Notes under the pieces: model-generated
Databases searched by the model: none
What the model was told of the DNA's origin: nothing
Seen by the model: only the letters and a program-made list of their open reading frames with translations
In this document: positions 43,401 to 56,544 of the stretch, piece by piece
Layout: the number at the start of each line of letters is the position of its first letter
Numbering within the stretch: the first letter of the stretch is position 1
Position numbers and translations under genes: made by a program
Source of the DNA: an uncultured Gemmataceae bacterium
GTDB lineage: Bacteria; Planctomycetota; Planctomycetia; Gemmatales; Gemmataceae
Direction of reading: 5' to 3'
Assembly: GCA_963750165.1 (NCBI GenBank)
Contig: CAVVPN010000003.1
Coordinates: forward strand, 1,664,001-1,728,000
Length of the DNA: 64,000 nt

Positions 43401-46400
43401 GTCGCCGGCGCGTGTACGGCGGTCACGACCAGGTCCGGCGGCGGCTCAGGCAGCACCGTGATCGGGGCCGCCTTGAAGTTGTCGGCGCGCAGGTCGTTGA
43501 GATCGTCGGGGTTGACGTTGGCAGGCAGCGTCGTCTCGGTGGTCTGCTGGTACAGGTCGGCCTGCGGCACCAGGTACAGCTGCCCGGAGGTGTGCGCCGG
43601 CAGCGTCACTGACACCGTCTGTGTGTAGCTGGTCGGCAGGTCCGGGTTGTGGATGTCGTTGGTGAGCACGCCGGTGTGGGGCTTCGTCGCCAGCAGCGCG
43701 CCGGTGACGTAGGGGTACTTCGACTTGTCGCTGGCCAGCCAGACGCCGTCGGTCCAGGCTGACAGGTCAGTGTTGCCCAGGCCGAGGTTGGTGACGGTGT
43801 AGGTCACCTGGACGGTGCTGCCGGCGATGGCCTGGCTGGGGACGATCACGTTGGAGACGACCAGGTCGGACGGCTGCAGCGGGTCGATGGTGATGGGCGC
43901 GGCGATCAAAGCGTTGTTGCTCTCGTTGGGGAATTCGTCCACGTCGTTGTTAACGTCGGCCTTGACGATCAGGTAATACGGCCCGCTCTTGTCCTTGGGG
44001 ACGAGCACGCTGGAAAGCGTGCTCAGGTAGTCCTGGCCCGGCTGCAGGGCGGACTGGTTGCCGATGGTCGCCAGCAGGAGGTCGTCGGGGCTCAGGGTGC
44101 TGTCCAGGGACAGGTAGACGCCGTCGGTCCAGTGCGGCGTGGTGGTCGCGACGGGGCCCTGGTTGATGACGCGGAACTGCAGGCCGAGAGTGCCGCCGGC
44201 CTGGAAGTGGCCCGCTGCCGGCGTGATCGACTCCACCTGCAGGTCAGGGTGCGATGGCAGAGTGATGGTGAGCGGATTGAAGTCGGTGGTGACGTTGTTG
44301 TTGGTGTTGGTCCCTTCCCACTGCTGCCGGCCGAAGCCGAGATCGGGGTTGGTTTCCACCACCACCTGGAAAACGCCCTGGATGTCCGTCGGCAGTGTGT
44401 ACTGCTCGGTGCGCGTGTAGGAGTGGCCCGCGGCCAGGGTGCTGCTGTAGCGGAAGCTGCCCACGTAGAAGGTGCGGTTGGCGCCGCCGATCTCCTGCAG
44501 CTTGACCTGATCGGGCCACGAGTCGTCGGCGTCGCCGGGACCGAGGTTCTCGACCGTCCAGGTGATGTCGATGTTCGACCCCGCGGGGGCGGTGTCCCTT
44601 GTCTGCACGTTGGTGACCGTCAGGTCCGGCGGGGGCGTGTACGTCACCGCGACCGCGCCCGAGGTGGCGGTGTTGTTGTTCGCGTAGAGGAACTCGTAGG
44701 GAGCGGTGAGGGCACCGGCGGCGTGGACCACCAGATAATAGGTGCCGCTGATGCCGTTGGGCAGCGTCACGGTGCCGGAGAGGTAGTAGTAGCCACCCGG
44801 GGACAGGGCGCCGGTGTGGCTGATGCTGCCCAGGATGGCGACGACGTGCTGGCCCTGCGGGTCGGTGGCCAGGCTGATCGTGTCGTACCAGCTGTCGGGG
44901 TTTGTGATGCCGATGCCCTGGTTGGTCACCATCCAGGACAGGGTCACGGCCTGGCCGCTGGCCGCGGTCGCCGGGGCGGTCACCGACGAGACGATGAGGT
45001 CGGCGTAGGGGATCGGCGTGACCGTGAACAGGCCGGACGCCGGCTGGGCGTAGTTGTTGGCGAGCAGGCCGTTCTCGAACACAGCGCCGCCCGAGTCGGT
45101 CTGGACGAACAGGTGGTACTGGCCCGAGAAGGCCGGCGGCAACAGGAACGTCTGGCTCTGGGGGTAGCTCTGGCCGACGCCCAGGTCGCCGGTGTGGGTG
45201 AACGTCTTCAGCACGATGTCGTCGCCGTTGCCCGGCACGTTGTCGGGCGAGGCGATGACGCGGTCCACCCAGGAGCCGGCGGTCGTGGCCGCGGTGCCGC
45301 TGTTGGTCACGGTCCAGTTGACGGTCACCTGTGCCGGGTCGCCGATGATCGGTGAGGCGGGCGAGAAGCTGACGTTGGACACGGCCAGGTCCGGGTAGGG
45401 GGCCAGGCCGCTGGTGGCGTTCAGGACTGCCGTGTCGTCTGCCGTGGCGTTGTGAGCGGCGTTATCCTCGAAGAGTGCGCCGCCGGAGTTGACCGTCAGC
45501 GTGAACGTCAGGTTGCCGACGCCTGCGTTGCCCGGCGGCAGCAGGACCGTCGTGTGCTGCATGAGGCCCTGACCCGGGGCGAGCGGGCTGTTGCCCGGCT
45601 GGGTGGGGTCGTAGGGGAGGGAAACGGTCGCCAGGGTGGTGTTCGTGGACGTGTTCTTGACCACTAGGGTGTCGGTCCAGGCGCTGGCCGCGCTGCCGGC
45701 GCCGTTGTTCACGTCACTCCACTGCACGGCGATGCTCTGGCCGGACTGCAGCCCGGTCGCCGGGCTGATCTGGAAGCCGGTCGGCGTCAGGTCGGGGTAG
45801 AGTGCCGCCGTGGTCGTGATACTCGCCGAGCCGGTGTTGTTGCTCTCGCCGGTGCCGGCGGCGTTGTACTCGGCGACCTGGTTGTAGATGTCGGTCGTGA
45901 CCGTGGCCGTGATGGTCCCGGTGCCGCCGATGCCGTCCGGCAGGTGGACGGAGTAAGACCGGGAGGCCGACGCGCCGGCCGCGAGGGCGCCGTTGGCGTT
46001 GGTGTCGTAGTACAGCGTGACGGTGGCCAGGGTCTGGTTCGTGGTGGTGTTCTGGACGACGAGGCGGTCGGTCCACGGCCCGGTGGTCGGGGCAGTGCCG
46101 GCGTTGGTGTCGCTCCAGCTCACCTGCACGGTCGCGCCGGATTGCACTCCGGTGGTCGGCGTGATGGCGGCGTTGGTGACCGTCAGGTCGGGGTAAGCCG
46201 CCAGGGTCGCGGACTGGGTGATGCTGGTGGTGTTGTTGGTAGTGGCGGTGCCGGCACTGTTGTACTCAAAGACGGTGCTGGTAGTGTTGACCGTGATGGT
46301 AAATTGCAGTTGCCCAACGCTGGCGTTCCCGGCGGGCAGCCGGAACATGTAGTGCTGCGCGGCGGACTGGCCGGCCCCGAGGTTGGAGCCGCCGGTGATG

Positions 46401-49400
46401 GTCGTGCTGAGCAAGATCGTGTTGGTCGTCAGGTTCTTCACGAGCACTGCGTCCACCCAGGGGGGGGTGCCGGTGCCGGCGTTCCCGGTGTTGGTGTCGT
46501 TCCATTGCAGGGTGACGCTCTGCCCGGATTGCAGGCCGGTGGCGGGCGTCGTGGTCAGACCGGTCACCTGCAGGTCGGGGTACGGCCCCGCAGTCGCAGT
46601 TGCGGTGGTGGTGGCGGTGTTGTTCGACTGGGCTGTGTGGCCGGGGTTGTCTTCAAACAGACTGCCGGTCGCGTTGGTGGTCACGGTCACCTGGACGGTG
46701 CCGATACCGGGGGTGCCGTCGGGCAGCGTCACCATGGTTTGCTGCGCATACGACTGGCCGGCAGCCAGGGGGCCGGCTCCCGTGGACGTGGCGTTGTACG
46801 GGACGTTGACAGTGTCCAGCGTCTGGTTCGTGGTCGTGTTCTTGACCACGACCGTGTCGGTCCAACTGGTCGCGGCGTCGGCGTTGCCGGTGTTGCTGTC
46901 GTCCCACTGGATGGTCAGTTGCTGCCCAGATAGCAGGCCGGTCGCCGGGCTGAGTTGCAGGCCTGTCACCTGCAAATCCGGGTAGGGGGCCAGGACCGAG
47001 GTCTGGGTGATGGTCGCGGTGTTGTTGGTTTCGCCGGTGCCGCCGGGGTTGTACTCGAAGATGGCGTTGGCCGAATCGACGGTCACGGTGAACTGAATCG
47101 AGCCGACGCCGGCCGCGCCGTCGGGCAGCGTCACCTGCGCCGACTGGGCGAAGGACTGGCCCGCGCCGAGCGGGCCGTGGCCGGACGCCGAGCCGTCGTA
47201 GGGGACGTTGACGGTGGCCAGCGTCTGGCTGCCGTTCTTGACCACGAGCGTGTCGGTCCAGGAGTTGGACGTGGCGGCGGTGCCGGTGTTGCTGTCGTTC
47301 CATTGCACCGTCACCGTCTGGCCGGACTGCAGCGTGCCGGACGGGTTCAGTTGCAGGCCGGTCGGCTGCAGGTCCGGGTAGGTCGCCAGGGTCGAGGTGA
47401 CGGTGGTGCTGGCCGTGTTGTTCGTCTCCCCCGTGCCGCCCGAGTTGTACTCGAAAATCGCGTTGGTGCTGTCGGTCGTGACGGTCACCTGAATCTGGCC
47501 GACGCCGGCCGTGCCGTTCGGCAACGGGTAGGAGAACTGCTGGTCCTGGGCGGCGCCGCGGCAATCGGCCCGCTGGCCGCGGCGTTGTACAACAGGTTCG
47601 TCGAGGTCAGCACCTGGTTGGTGGTCAGGTTCTTGACGGTGACGTTGTCGTCAAACGACGCATTGACCGCCCCGTTGCCGGTGTTGGCGTCGCTCCACGA
47701 CACCATCAAGGTGGTGCCGGACTGTACGCCGCTGGCCGGCTGCACGGCCAGGTTGGTGACCTGCAAATCCGGGTACGGCGCCAGCGTCGAGGTCGTCGTC
47801 AGGGTGGCGCTGTTGTTGGTCGAGGCGGTGCCAGCGGTGTTGGCTTCCTGGAAGGCCACGGTGCTGTTGGTGGTGACGGTGACCTGCAGCTGGCCGACCC
47901 CGGCCGTGCCGTTCGGCAGCGTGAACTGATACGAGCGGGCACGTTGTTGGCCGGGCTGGATGGCGCCGTTGCCGTTCTGGGTGGGGTCGTAGTAAACCTG
48001 CTGATTCACCAGCGTCTGGCTGGTCGTCTGGTTCACCACGGTGACGTTGTCGTAGAAACCGGCCGGCGTCGGGATGTTGCCGGTGACGGTGTCGTTCCAG
48101 TTGATCGTGACGGTGTTGCCCGACTGCAAGCCGGTCGCGGGCGTCACCGCCAGGTTGACCACCTGCAGGTCGAGCAGGTTGGTGCCGAGGTTGGTGACCG
48201 AGACGCTCGGCGGCGTCAGCTGGCTGTAGGCGGGGTCGCCGCTGACGGCGGCCGTGGCGTTGATCGTGTAGGCGATGTTGCCGTCCACGCGCTGATCGTT
48301 GGCCCCGGTGACGGTGACCGTCTGCGGCACGTTCCAGTTCGCCGGGGTGAAGGTCAGGCTGGCCGGGGACACGGTGCCCGCGCTGGTGTTGCTGCTCGTC
48401 AGGCTGAAGCTGACGTTGGCTTGCGGCAGAGAGGTCAGGGCCACGGTGAAGGTGGCGGTGCCGCCGGCCTGGCTGGTCTGCAGCCCCGTCGTCGGCGTGA
48501 CCGCGAAGCCCGCGAACACGGTGCCGAGGTTGGTGACGTTCACGTCGCTGGGATCGAAGCCGTTGTAGAGCGGGTCGGCGGAGACCGCCGGGGCCGTGAC
48601 GATGGTGTAGGCCACGTTGCCGTGGGCGATGTTGTCGTTGACGCCCGTGATGGTGACCGTCTGTGGCACATTCCAGTTCGCCGGCGTGAAGACCAGTTGC
48701 GACACCGACACGATCCCGGCGCTGGTGTTGCTGCTGGACAGGCCGATGGTGACGTTGGCGGCGGGCTGGCTGTCGAGGTAGACCGAGAAGGTGGCGGTGC
48801 CGCCGGCCTGGCTGGTCTGCAGGCCGGTGGTCGGCGTGACCTCGATGCCCGGCCGCTCGCTGACCAGGGTGAAGCCGGCCGGGGCATAGTTGGGCACCAG
48901 GGTTACCTGGCTACTCGTCAGCCCGTTGGTGGCGCCGAACTGGCCCGAGAGGCTGGTGTCGGTCACAACCGGGAAGGTGTTGCCGTTGGCGGGCGTGAAG
49001 CCGTTGATCTCATCGACGTTCAGGATGCCGCCCAGCGTGGCGGTGCCGTTGACGTTGAGCTGGTCGAACAGACTGCCGGCGGTGAGGCCGCCGAGGTCGA
49101 TGTTGAGGCTGCCGGCGGCGGTCTGCGTGTAGTTGCCGTTGACCAGCAGGGCGCCGGCCCCGGTGCCGCCCGGGCTGAGCGTGGCGGCGTTGGTCAGGTC
49201 GGCGTTGACCGTCCCGGTACCGGACAGAGTGCCGCCCTGCAGGGACACGGCGGCGTGGGTGACACTGACCCAGGACGCGCCGTTGACGGTGCCGTTGAGG
49301 TGGTTCGCCGTCCTGTCGTTGATGACCGTACCGGACCCCTCGTCCATCGGGTAGTAGGCGAGCAGGCCGGTTTCGCTGCCGGTCAGCGTGGAGTTGAGGC

Positions 49401-52400
49401 TGGCGGCAATTTCGGTGGCGCTCAGGGCGCGGTTGTAGACGCGCACGTCGTCGAGGCGGCCGCCGTAGTAGCCGTCGCTCGACCAGTTGCTGTGGCCGAG
49501 GTAGTTCAGGGTGCGGTTCACGTTGCGCGGCACCGCCGAGTAGCCTTCACCGATGGCCACGCCGTTCTTGTACAGAGTCACCAGCCCCGAGGGCTGCAGG
49601 ACCACCGCGAAGTGCTGCCAGGTGTTGAGTTGAATGGCGTTCGGAGCGTAGATCAGGGCGCCGGCGGTCGTGCCGTTGTACGACTGGAAGACGAGGTCGT
49701 TGGAGGTGCCCGACCGGGCCAGCAACAGGTTGTCGCTGCCCGCGCCGTTGCCGAAGTCGAAGAACCGCTGGTAACTGGCGACCGAGGTGGGGTACGCCCA
49801 CACCTCGAAGGTCAGTCCATTGCTGAAGTTGCTGAAGCCGGTGGCTGGCAACTGGACATAATTGTTGCTGCCGTTGAACGACAGCGCGGCGCCGATAGTC
49901 GGGTTCGGGCTGCCCAGGGCGGCGTTCGGCCCGGTCAGGCCGGCCAGGGTGACGGCGGTCCAGGTCGGCTCATTGGCCGGGACGCCGCCGCCGAGCGTGC
50001 CGTTGTTGCCGTTGGCCGTCAGGTCGTAGGCGGTGATGCCGCTGCCCTCGTCCAGCGGCAGGTACGCGGCCAGGTTGGCCTCACTGCCGGTGAGCGTCTG
50101 GCTCATGTCGGACTGGATCTGCGCCTGCGTCCGGGCGACGTTGTACAGGCGGAAATCGTCGAGGCTGCCGGGCAGGAAGTAGCGGATCGGCCCGCTGTCG
50201 ATGTCGGCGCCGAGCAGCAGCGGGTGGTTGTCGTAGACGATGGAGGACGCGGTCGTGCCGGTGGCGACCACGTTGCCGTTGATGTACAGCACCATCGTGT
50301 TGGACGGGTCGTCGAAGGTGAAGGCGACGTGATACCACGTGTTCAGCGTCGGGGACCAGCCGACGCTGATCTGGGACTGGCCGGAGGTGTCGGCGATGCC
50401 GCCGTACAGGGCGCCGCCATTGATCCAGACCGCGTAGGAGTCGAGGAACGAACTGCCCAGAGCCCGGCCGAACAGCGACAGCACGCCCGAGGGGTACTGC
50501 GAAAAATTGACCCAGCCCTCCAGGGTGAGGTTGGTCGGCCGCAGCGAGGCGGCGTCGGGGATGGTGACGTAGTCACTGGTGCCGTTGAAGGTCAGGGCGT
50601 TGCCGACGGGCGGGTGCTGGACGGGCAGTGTGCCGGCCTGGAGCTGGGTGGTGCCGCCGGTCTGCGTGTAGGTGCCGCCCAGGCCGAGGGTGCTGCCGCC
50701 GCCGACCGTCACGTTGCCGGCGTTGGTGAAGGCACCGGGGGTGTAGGTGCGGCCGTTCTGGACGGTGAGGCTGCCGCCGGCGGCGTTGGTGGTCAGGCCG
50801 GCCAGGGCGTCGGTGGTGGCGGTGTCGCGGTAGAAGTTCGAGCCGCTGCCGTCCAGGAGGATGCTGGCCGCGTTGGTGGTGATCGGCGTCGAGAGGATGA
50901 CGCGCAGGGTGCTGCCCGCGTGGACTTGCCAGTTGCCGCCGGTGAGGGTGCCGCCGCTGAAGTTGGTCACCGTGGTCGGCTCGACGTACAGGGTGCCGCC
51001 GCCGCCGGCCTGGAAGGTGCCCTGGTTGCTGGCGCTGGCGCCGGTGATGTACGTGGTGCCGGGGCTGTCGGGGCCGATGGTGCCCTGGTTGATGACGACG
51101 ACGTTACTGGGGCCGCCCCAGTAGCTGGAGTAGCCGACGGTGCCGCCGAAGCCGTGGACCGTGATGCCCGCGGCGATGGTGAGCTGGCCGGCGTTGCTCG
51201 TCGGCCGCAGGTTGTTGCGGCTGTCGTCGTTGGCGAAGTAGACGGCGCCGGTGCCGGCCAGCGTGGCCGGGGTGCTGTTGAAGTCGAGGCGGGCGCCGCC
51301 GGTCAGGTTGACGGCGGCGTTGGTGAGGGTGAGGTCGCCGGTGATGCCGGCGTAAGTGCTGTAGCCGTTCAGGTCGAAGACCAGCGGCTGGTTCTGGCTG
51401 GGGTCGCCCTGCAGGGTGACGCCGTTGAGGACGCCGCCGGACGTGGTGCCGACCAGCTTCGAGCCGCTCAGGCCGAGCACGGTGCCGCCGGTGATGGTGC
51501 CGCCGAGCAGCACCCAGTTGCCGCTGTTCGCGTCCAGTTGCAGGGTGGTGCCGGTGTTCACCAGGGTGCCCGTCAGGTTGACCGTGCCGCCGCTGCGCGT
51601 GAAGCTGCCCAGCTGCGCCAGCGTGAAGGGGCCGCCCCCCAGGTTTACGGTCGAGTTGGTCGAGGTGATGGTGCCGGCGTTGGTCCAGGTGTTGGCCAGG
51701 GTGAGGGTGCCGCCGTTGAGGCTGATCTGGCCGGCCGCGGCGTTGCTGCCGCCGGTGCCGCTCAGCGACAGGGTGCCGCTGTTCGCGGCCTGGAAGCTGC
51801 CCTGGTTGGTCCAGGCGGGGGAGGTGGTGCCGCCGCCGACGTAGACGGTGCCGCCGGCGTCGGCGGCGATGGTGCCCTGGTTGACGACGGCGACGGCGGT
51901 CGAGCCCTGCCAGTAGCCGCTGTAGCCGACCACGCCGCCGTTGCCATGCACCAGGACGTTCGGGCCGATGGTCAGGGTGTGGCCGTCGGTCGAGAACAGG
52001 CCGTTGCGGGTGTCGCCGTCGGCGAACAGGACCGTGCCGCTGCCGCCCAGCGTCTGGTTGGACCCCAGGAAGTTCAGGTAGGCGGCGGCGCGCAGGTCAA
52101 TCTGGGCGTTGCTCAGGGTCAGGCCGCCGTTGATGGTGACGCCGGCGTTGTAGCCGGTCATGTCCAGGGCCAGCACCGGCTGGCTGGCGTTGCTGGGGTC
52201 CAGCAACGTCACCCCCGCCAACGTATTGTTGTAGTCGCTGCTGGTGACGATCAGGCGCGAGCCGCCCGCGACGCTGACGGTGCCGCCGGTGATGGTGCCG
52301 CCGGCCAGCACCCAGTTGCCGGTGGCGGCGGTCAGCGCCAGCGTCGTGCCGGTGTTGGTCAGGGTGCCGTCGAGGTTGACGGTGCCGCCGCTGCGGGTGA

Positions 52401-55400
52401 AGCTGCCGAGCTGCGCCAGCGTGAAAGTGCCGCCCAGGTTGGTGGTGGCGTTCGTCGAGGTGATGGCGCCGGTGTTCACCCAGCTGCCGCTCAGGCTGAG
52501 GGTGCCGCCGGTCTCGCTGATGGGCCCGGCGTTGGCCCAGGAGCCGGAGAGGTTGACGGAGCCGCCGTTGGCGGTGATGGCCTGGCCGGTGGGGTTGCTG
52601 CCGCCGGTGCCGTTCGGCAACAGCGTGCCGCCGTTGGCAGCCGTCAGCGTGCCCTGGTTGAGCCAGGCGTTGGCGCTGCCGCCGCCGACGTAGACGGAGC
52701 CGCCAGCGTCGGCGCTGATCGTGCCCTGGTTGACGACGGTCACGGCGGTCGAGCCCTGCCAGTAGCCGGAGTAGCCGACCACGCCGCCGTTGCCGTGCAC
52801 CAGGATGCCACTGCCGATGGTCAGGGTGTGGCCGTCGGAGGACAGCAGGCCGTTGCGCGTGTCGCCGTCCGCGAACAGCACGGCGCCGCTGCCCGTGAGC
52901 GACTGATTGGCCCCGAGGAAGTTCAGGTAGGCGGCGGCGCGCAGGTCCACCTGGGTGTTGCTGAGAGTGAGGTTGCCGGTGATGGTGACGCCGGCGTTGT
53001 AGCCGGTCATGTCCAGCGCGAGCACCGGCTGGCTGGCGTTGCTGGGGTCCAGCAACGTCACCCCCGCCAACGTATTGTTGTAGTCGCTGCTGGTGACGAT
53101 CAGGCGCGAGCCGCCCGCGACGCTGACGGTGCCGCCGGTGATGGTGCCGCCGGCCAGCACCCAGTTGCCGGTGGCGGCGGTCAGCGCCAGCGTCGTGCCG
53201 GTGTTGGTCAGGGTGCCGTCGAGGTTGACGGTGCCGCCGCTGCGGGTGAAGCTGCCGAGCTGCGCCAGCGTGAAAGTGCCGCCCAGGTTGGTGGTGGCGT
53301 TCGTCGAGGTGATGGCGCCGGTGTTCACCCAGCTGCCGCTCAGGCTGAGGGTGCCGCCGGTCTCGCTGATGGGCCCGGCGTTGGCCCAGGAGCCGGAGAG
53401 GTTGACGGAGCCGCCGTTGGCGGTGATGGCCTGGCCGGTGGGGTTGCTGCCGCCGGTGCCGTTCGGCAACAGCGTGCCGCCGTTGGCAGCCGTCAGCGTG
53501 CCCTGGTTGAGCCAGGCGTTGGCGCTGCCGCCGCCGACGTAGACGGAGCCGCCAGCGTCGGCGCTGATCGTGCCCTGGTTGACGACGGTCACGGCGGTCG
53601 AGCCCTGCCAGTAGCCGGAGTAGCCGACCACGCCGCCGTTGCCGTGCACCAGGATGCCACTGCCGATGGTCAGGGTGTGGCCGTCGGAGGACAGCAGGCC
53701 GTTGCGCGTGTCGCCGTCCGCGAACAGCACGGCGCCGCTGCCCGTGAGCGACTGGTTGGCCCCGAGGAAGTTCAGGTAGGCGGCGGCGCGCAGGTCCACC
53801 TGGGTGTTGCTGAGGGTGAGATTGCCGGTGATGGTGACGCCGGCGTTGTAGCCGGTCATGTCCAGCGCGAGCACCGGCTGGCTGGCGTTGCTGGGGTCCA
53901 GCAGCGTCACCCCCGCCAACGTATTGTTGTAGTCGCTGCTGCTCACCAGCAGGTCGGCGCCGCCGGCGACGCTCACCGTGCCCCCCTGGATGGTGCCGCC
54001 GGCCAGGGTCCAGCTGCCGGTGGCGGCGGTCAGCGCCAGGGTAGTGCCGGTGTTGGTCAGGGTGCCGTCGAGGTTGACGGTGCCGCCGCTGCGCGTGAAG
54101 CTGCCGAGTGTGGCCAGGGTGAAGGTGCCGCCCAGGTTGGTGGTGGCGTTCGTCGAGGTGATGGCGCCGGTGTTCACCCAGCTGCCGCTCAGGCTGAGGG
54201 TGCCGCCGGTCTCGCTGATGGGCCCGGCGTTGGCCCAGGAGCCGGAGAGGTTGACGGAGCCGCCGTTGGCGGTGATGGCCTGGCCGGTGGGGTTGCTGCC
54301 GCCGATGCCGTTGGGCAAGAGGGTGCCGCCGTTGGCGGCCGTCAGCGTGCCCTGGTTGAGCCAGGCGTTGGCGCTGCCGCCGCCGACGTAGACGGAGCCG
54401 CCAGCGTCGGCGCTGATCGTGCCCTGGTTGACGACGGTCACGGCGGTCGAGCCCTGCCAGTAGCCGGAGTAGCCGACCACGCCGCCGTTGCCGTGCACCA
54501 GGATGCCACTGCCGATGGTCAGGGTGTGGCCGTCGGAGGACAGCAGGCCGTTGCGCGTGTCGCCGTCCGCGAACAGCACGGCGCCGCTGCCCGTGAGCGA
54601 CTGGTTGGCCCCGAGGAAGTTCAGGTAGGCGGCGGCGCGCAGGTCCACCTGGGTGTTGCTGAGGGTGAGATTGCCGGTGATGGTGACGCCGGCGTTGTAG
54701 CCGGTCATGTCCAGCGCGAGCACCGGCTGGCTGGCGTTGCTGGGGTCCAGCAGCGTCACCCCCGCCAACGTATTGTTGTAGTCGCTGCTGGTGACGATCA
54801 GGCGCGAGCCGCCCGCGACGCTGACGGTGCCGCCGGTGATGGTGCCGCCGGCCAGCACCCAGTTGCCGGTGGCGGCGGTCAGCGCCAGGGTGGTGCCCGT
54901 GTTCGTCAGCGTGCCCGTCAGGTTGACCGTGCCGCCCGTGCGGTTGAACGTGCCCAGCTGCGCCAGCGTGAAGGTGCCGCCCAGGTTGACCGTGGAACTG
55001 GTCGCGGTGATCGTGCCGGCGTTCGCCCAGGTGTTGGCCAGGCTGAGGGTGCTGGCGCTGCCGGTGATGCTGGCGACGGCGTTGATCTGGCCGGTCGCGG
55101 TGTTGGCGCCGCCGGTCCCGCTCAGCGACAGGCCGCTGCCGCTCACCGCCTGCAGGGTGCCCGCGTTCGACCAGGCGGTGATGCCGCTGGCGGTGCCGCC
55201 GCCGACGTAGACGGTGCCGCCGCCGTCGGCGGCGATGGTGCCCTGGTTGACCACGGCCACGGCGGTCGAGCCCTGCCAGTAGCCGCTGTAGCCGACCACG
55301 CCGCCGTTGCCGTGCACCAGGATGCCGCTACCGATGGTCAGCGTGTGCCCGTCGGTCGAGAGCAGGGCGTTGCGGTTGTCGCCGTCGCCGAACAGGACCG

Positions 55401-56016
55401 TGCCGGTGCCGGCCAGGGTCTGGTTGGACCCCAGGAAATTCAGGTAGGCCGCAGCTTTCAGTGTTGCCAGGCCGTTCAGCGTCAACCCGGCGTTGACGTT
55501 GATGCCGGCGTTGTAGCCAGTCAGATTGAGGTTGCCGTCCAGCGTCACGCCGTTCAGCGTCGATACCGTGCCACTGCCCTCGGTCAGGGTGGTGCCGGAC
55601 TGCACGGTGGCCGCGGCGAGGGTGCCGCCGGCCAGCGTAAACGTGGCACTCGACTGCAGCGTGGTGGTGACGTTGAGGGTGCCGTTCGACAGCGTGATCG
55701 CCGTGCCCGAGGTCAGACTGTGGATCGTGTCCGTGACGTTTTGCGTATGCGTAATGGTCGCGCCGGCGAGGGTGCCGATCGTCACATCATCACCGGACCC
55801 CGGCACGCGGTGAGCGCCGAGGTTGTCCGTCCAGTTCGCGGCCGTGTCCCAGTCGCCGCCGCCCACGGCGGTCCAGTTGACGTTCGCGGGCGCGATCCGG
55901 TCTTCCAGCAACTCCAGCCGGAGACGACGCGCTCCCCAGGGCCCACGCCGTTCGGGCCGAAACCTCCGGGCGCGAGCGTTCGCTCTGGGCAGAGATGAAG
56001 ATCCCGAACGTGTCAT
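16401..56016 (-). CDS. Giant multidomain surface protein (~13,200 aa if joined): LEDR motif, beta-helix-like repeats, 2 LamG, many CARDB, putative Ig, dockerin-like, Rhs/YD core, toxin-like domain, 2 HExxH domains, cadherin repeats; frameshifts near 47558, 31763, 30275 and 18849
   Basis: Five overlapping minus ORFs (2883, 5278, 588, 3855 and 807 aa). Each junction is repaired by adding 1-2 nt in a G/GC run, and two of the repairs restore the neighbouring repeat consensus (..QDQQFSYPLPNG; EDHPGAVIG). Restoring 5 nt gives 39621 nt, divisible by 3. Confidence 0.85.
18335..19165 (-). repeat. About 3 near-identical ~300-bp cadherin-like coding repeats
   Basis: FTVSDPRFQVVG.VLELASGVSLSHETEPTVPL recurs three times at ~300-nt period. 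Confidence 0.9.
22043..28230 (-). other. Rhs module within the giant gene (DUF6531-like start, YD repeats, Rhs core ending in DPxG)
   Basis: DVTVPGRGLDLTFTRSYSS..PLGAGW; many YD repeats; YDPWG, FTGQRADPGTGLDYFGARYYDP.VGSFITQD, LNRYLYVSANPLSYTDPTG. Confidence 0.92.
51840..55520 (-). repeat. 849-bp (283-aa) tandem coding repeats, about 3.3 near-identical copies with divergent flanks
   Basis: Identical antisense ORFs at 52244 and 53093 (offset 849) and a related one at 54791 (offset 1698); GHTLTIG..VHGNGGVVGYSGYWQGSTAV occurs five times. Confidence 0.95.
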
Positions 56017-56356
56017 GATAAACCTCAGAGAAAAGGGGCAATAATGCAGGAGAGGGGACCGAAATAGGTTCCCCATCCGACAGTCACGAGTCTTTGCGCG
56101 ATAGCAGGGAGTAAGTGCTGGAGTCGTCAGTCGCACTCAGGGCTCTTGTATACCTCGTACACAGGTGGAAGTCGAAAGTTATCTTGAAAAAAATGCGCAC
56201 CCGGTTCTGACCGCCGCGCTCGCGCACCCTGGCGTCGTGGCGGAGCAGGTCGTCCCCTGCCCCGGCGTCCCGACGAAACCCCCCTGAAGAATTCCAGGAA
56301 ATCCTGCGGGAATTGACGGAAGGTGCATGACCCGGCTTAGAGCGTTCGGAAGCAAA

Positions 56357-56519
56357 GAACCACGGATCGCGCGGATAACACGGGAGCACGTTGCGCCCGG
56401 GGGTAGCGGAAGTCGCCAGACTTCCGTGCGACGCTGCGCGGAAGTCTGGCGACTTCCGCTACACCCCAACGCCGCGCGCGCTAACCATTTTCTGTCGTGA
56501 TCCGTGTGATCCGTGGTTC
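56357..56519. repeat. Nested inverted repeats: 9-mer-type outer arms enclosing a REP doublet
   Basis: gaaccacggatc ... gatccgtggttc enclosing gtagcggaagtcgccagacttccg / cggaagtctggcgacttccgctac (56403-56462). Confidence 0.8.
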
Positions 56520-56544
56520 ATGCTTTCCGCACGCTCTTACTCGA

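Noticed and set aside
18840..47560. Programmed frameshifting or phase variation at the giant-gene junctions
   Set aside because: There are no slippery heptamers or long simple-sequence tracts. Similar small indels hit unrelated genes in the window, which favours sequencing error.
47944..55998. Very long plus-strand ORFs (2684 aa, also 1386, 1152 and 1090 aa) opposite the giant gene
   Set aside because: These are antisense shadows expected from high-GC codon bias, with no recognisable motifs.
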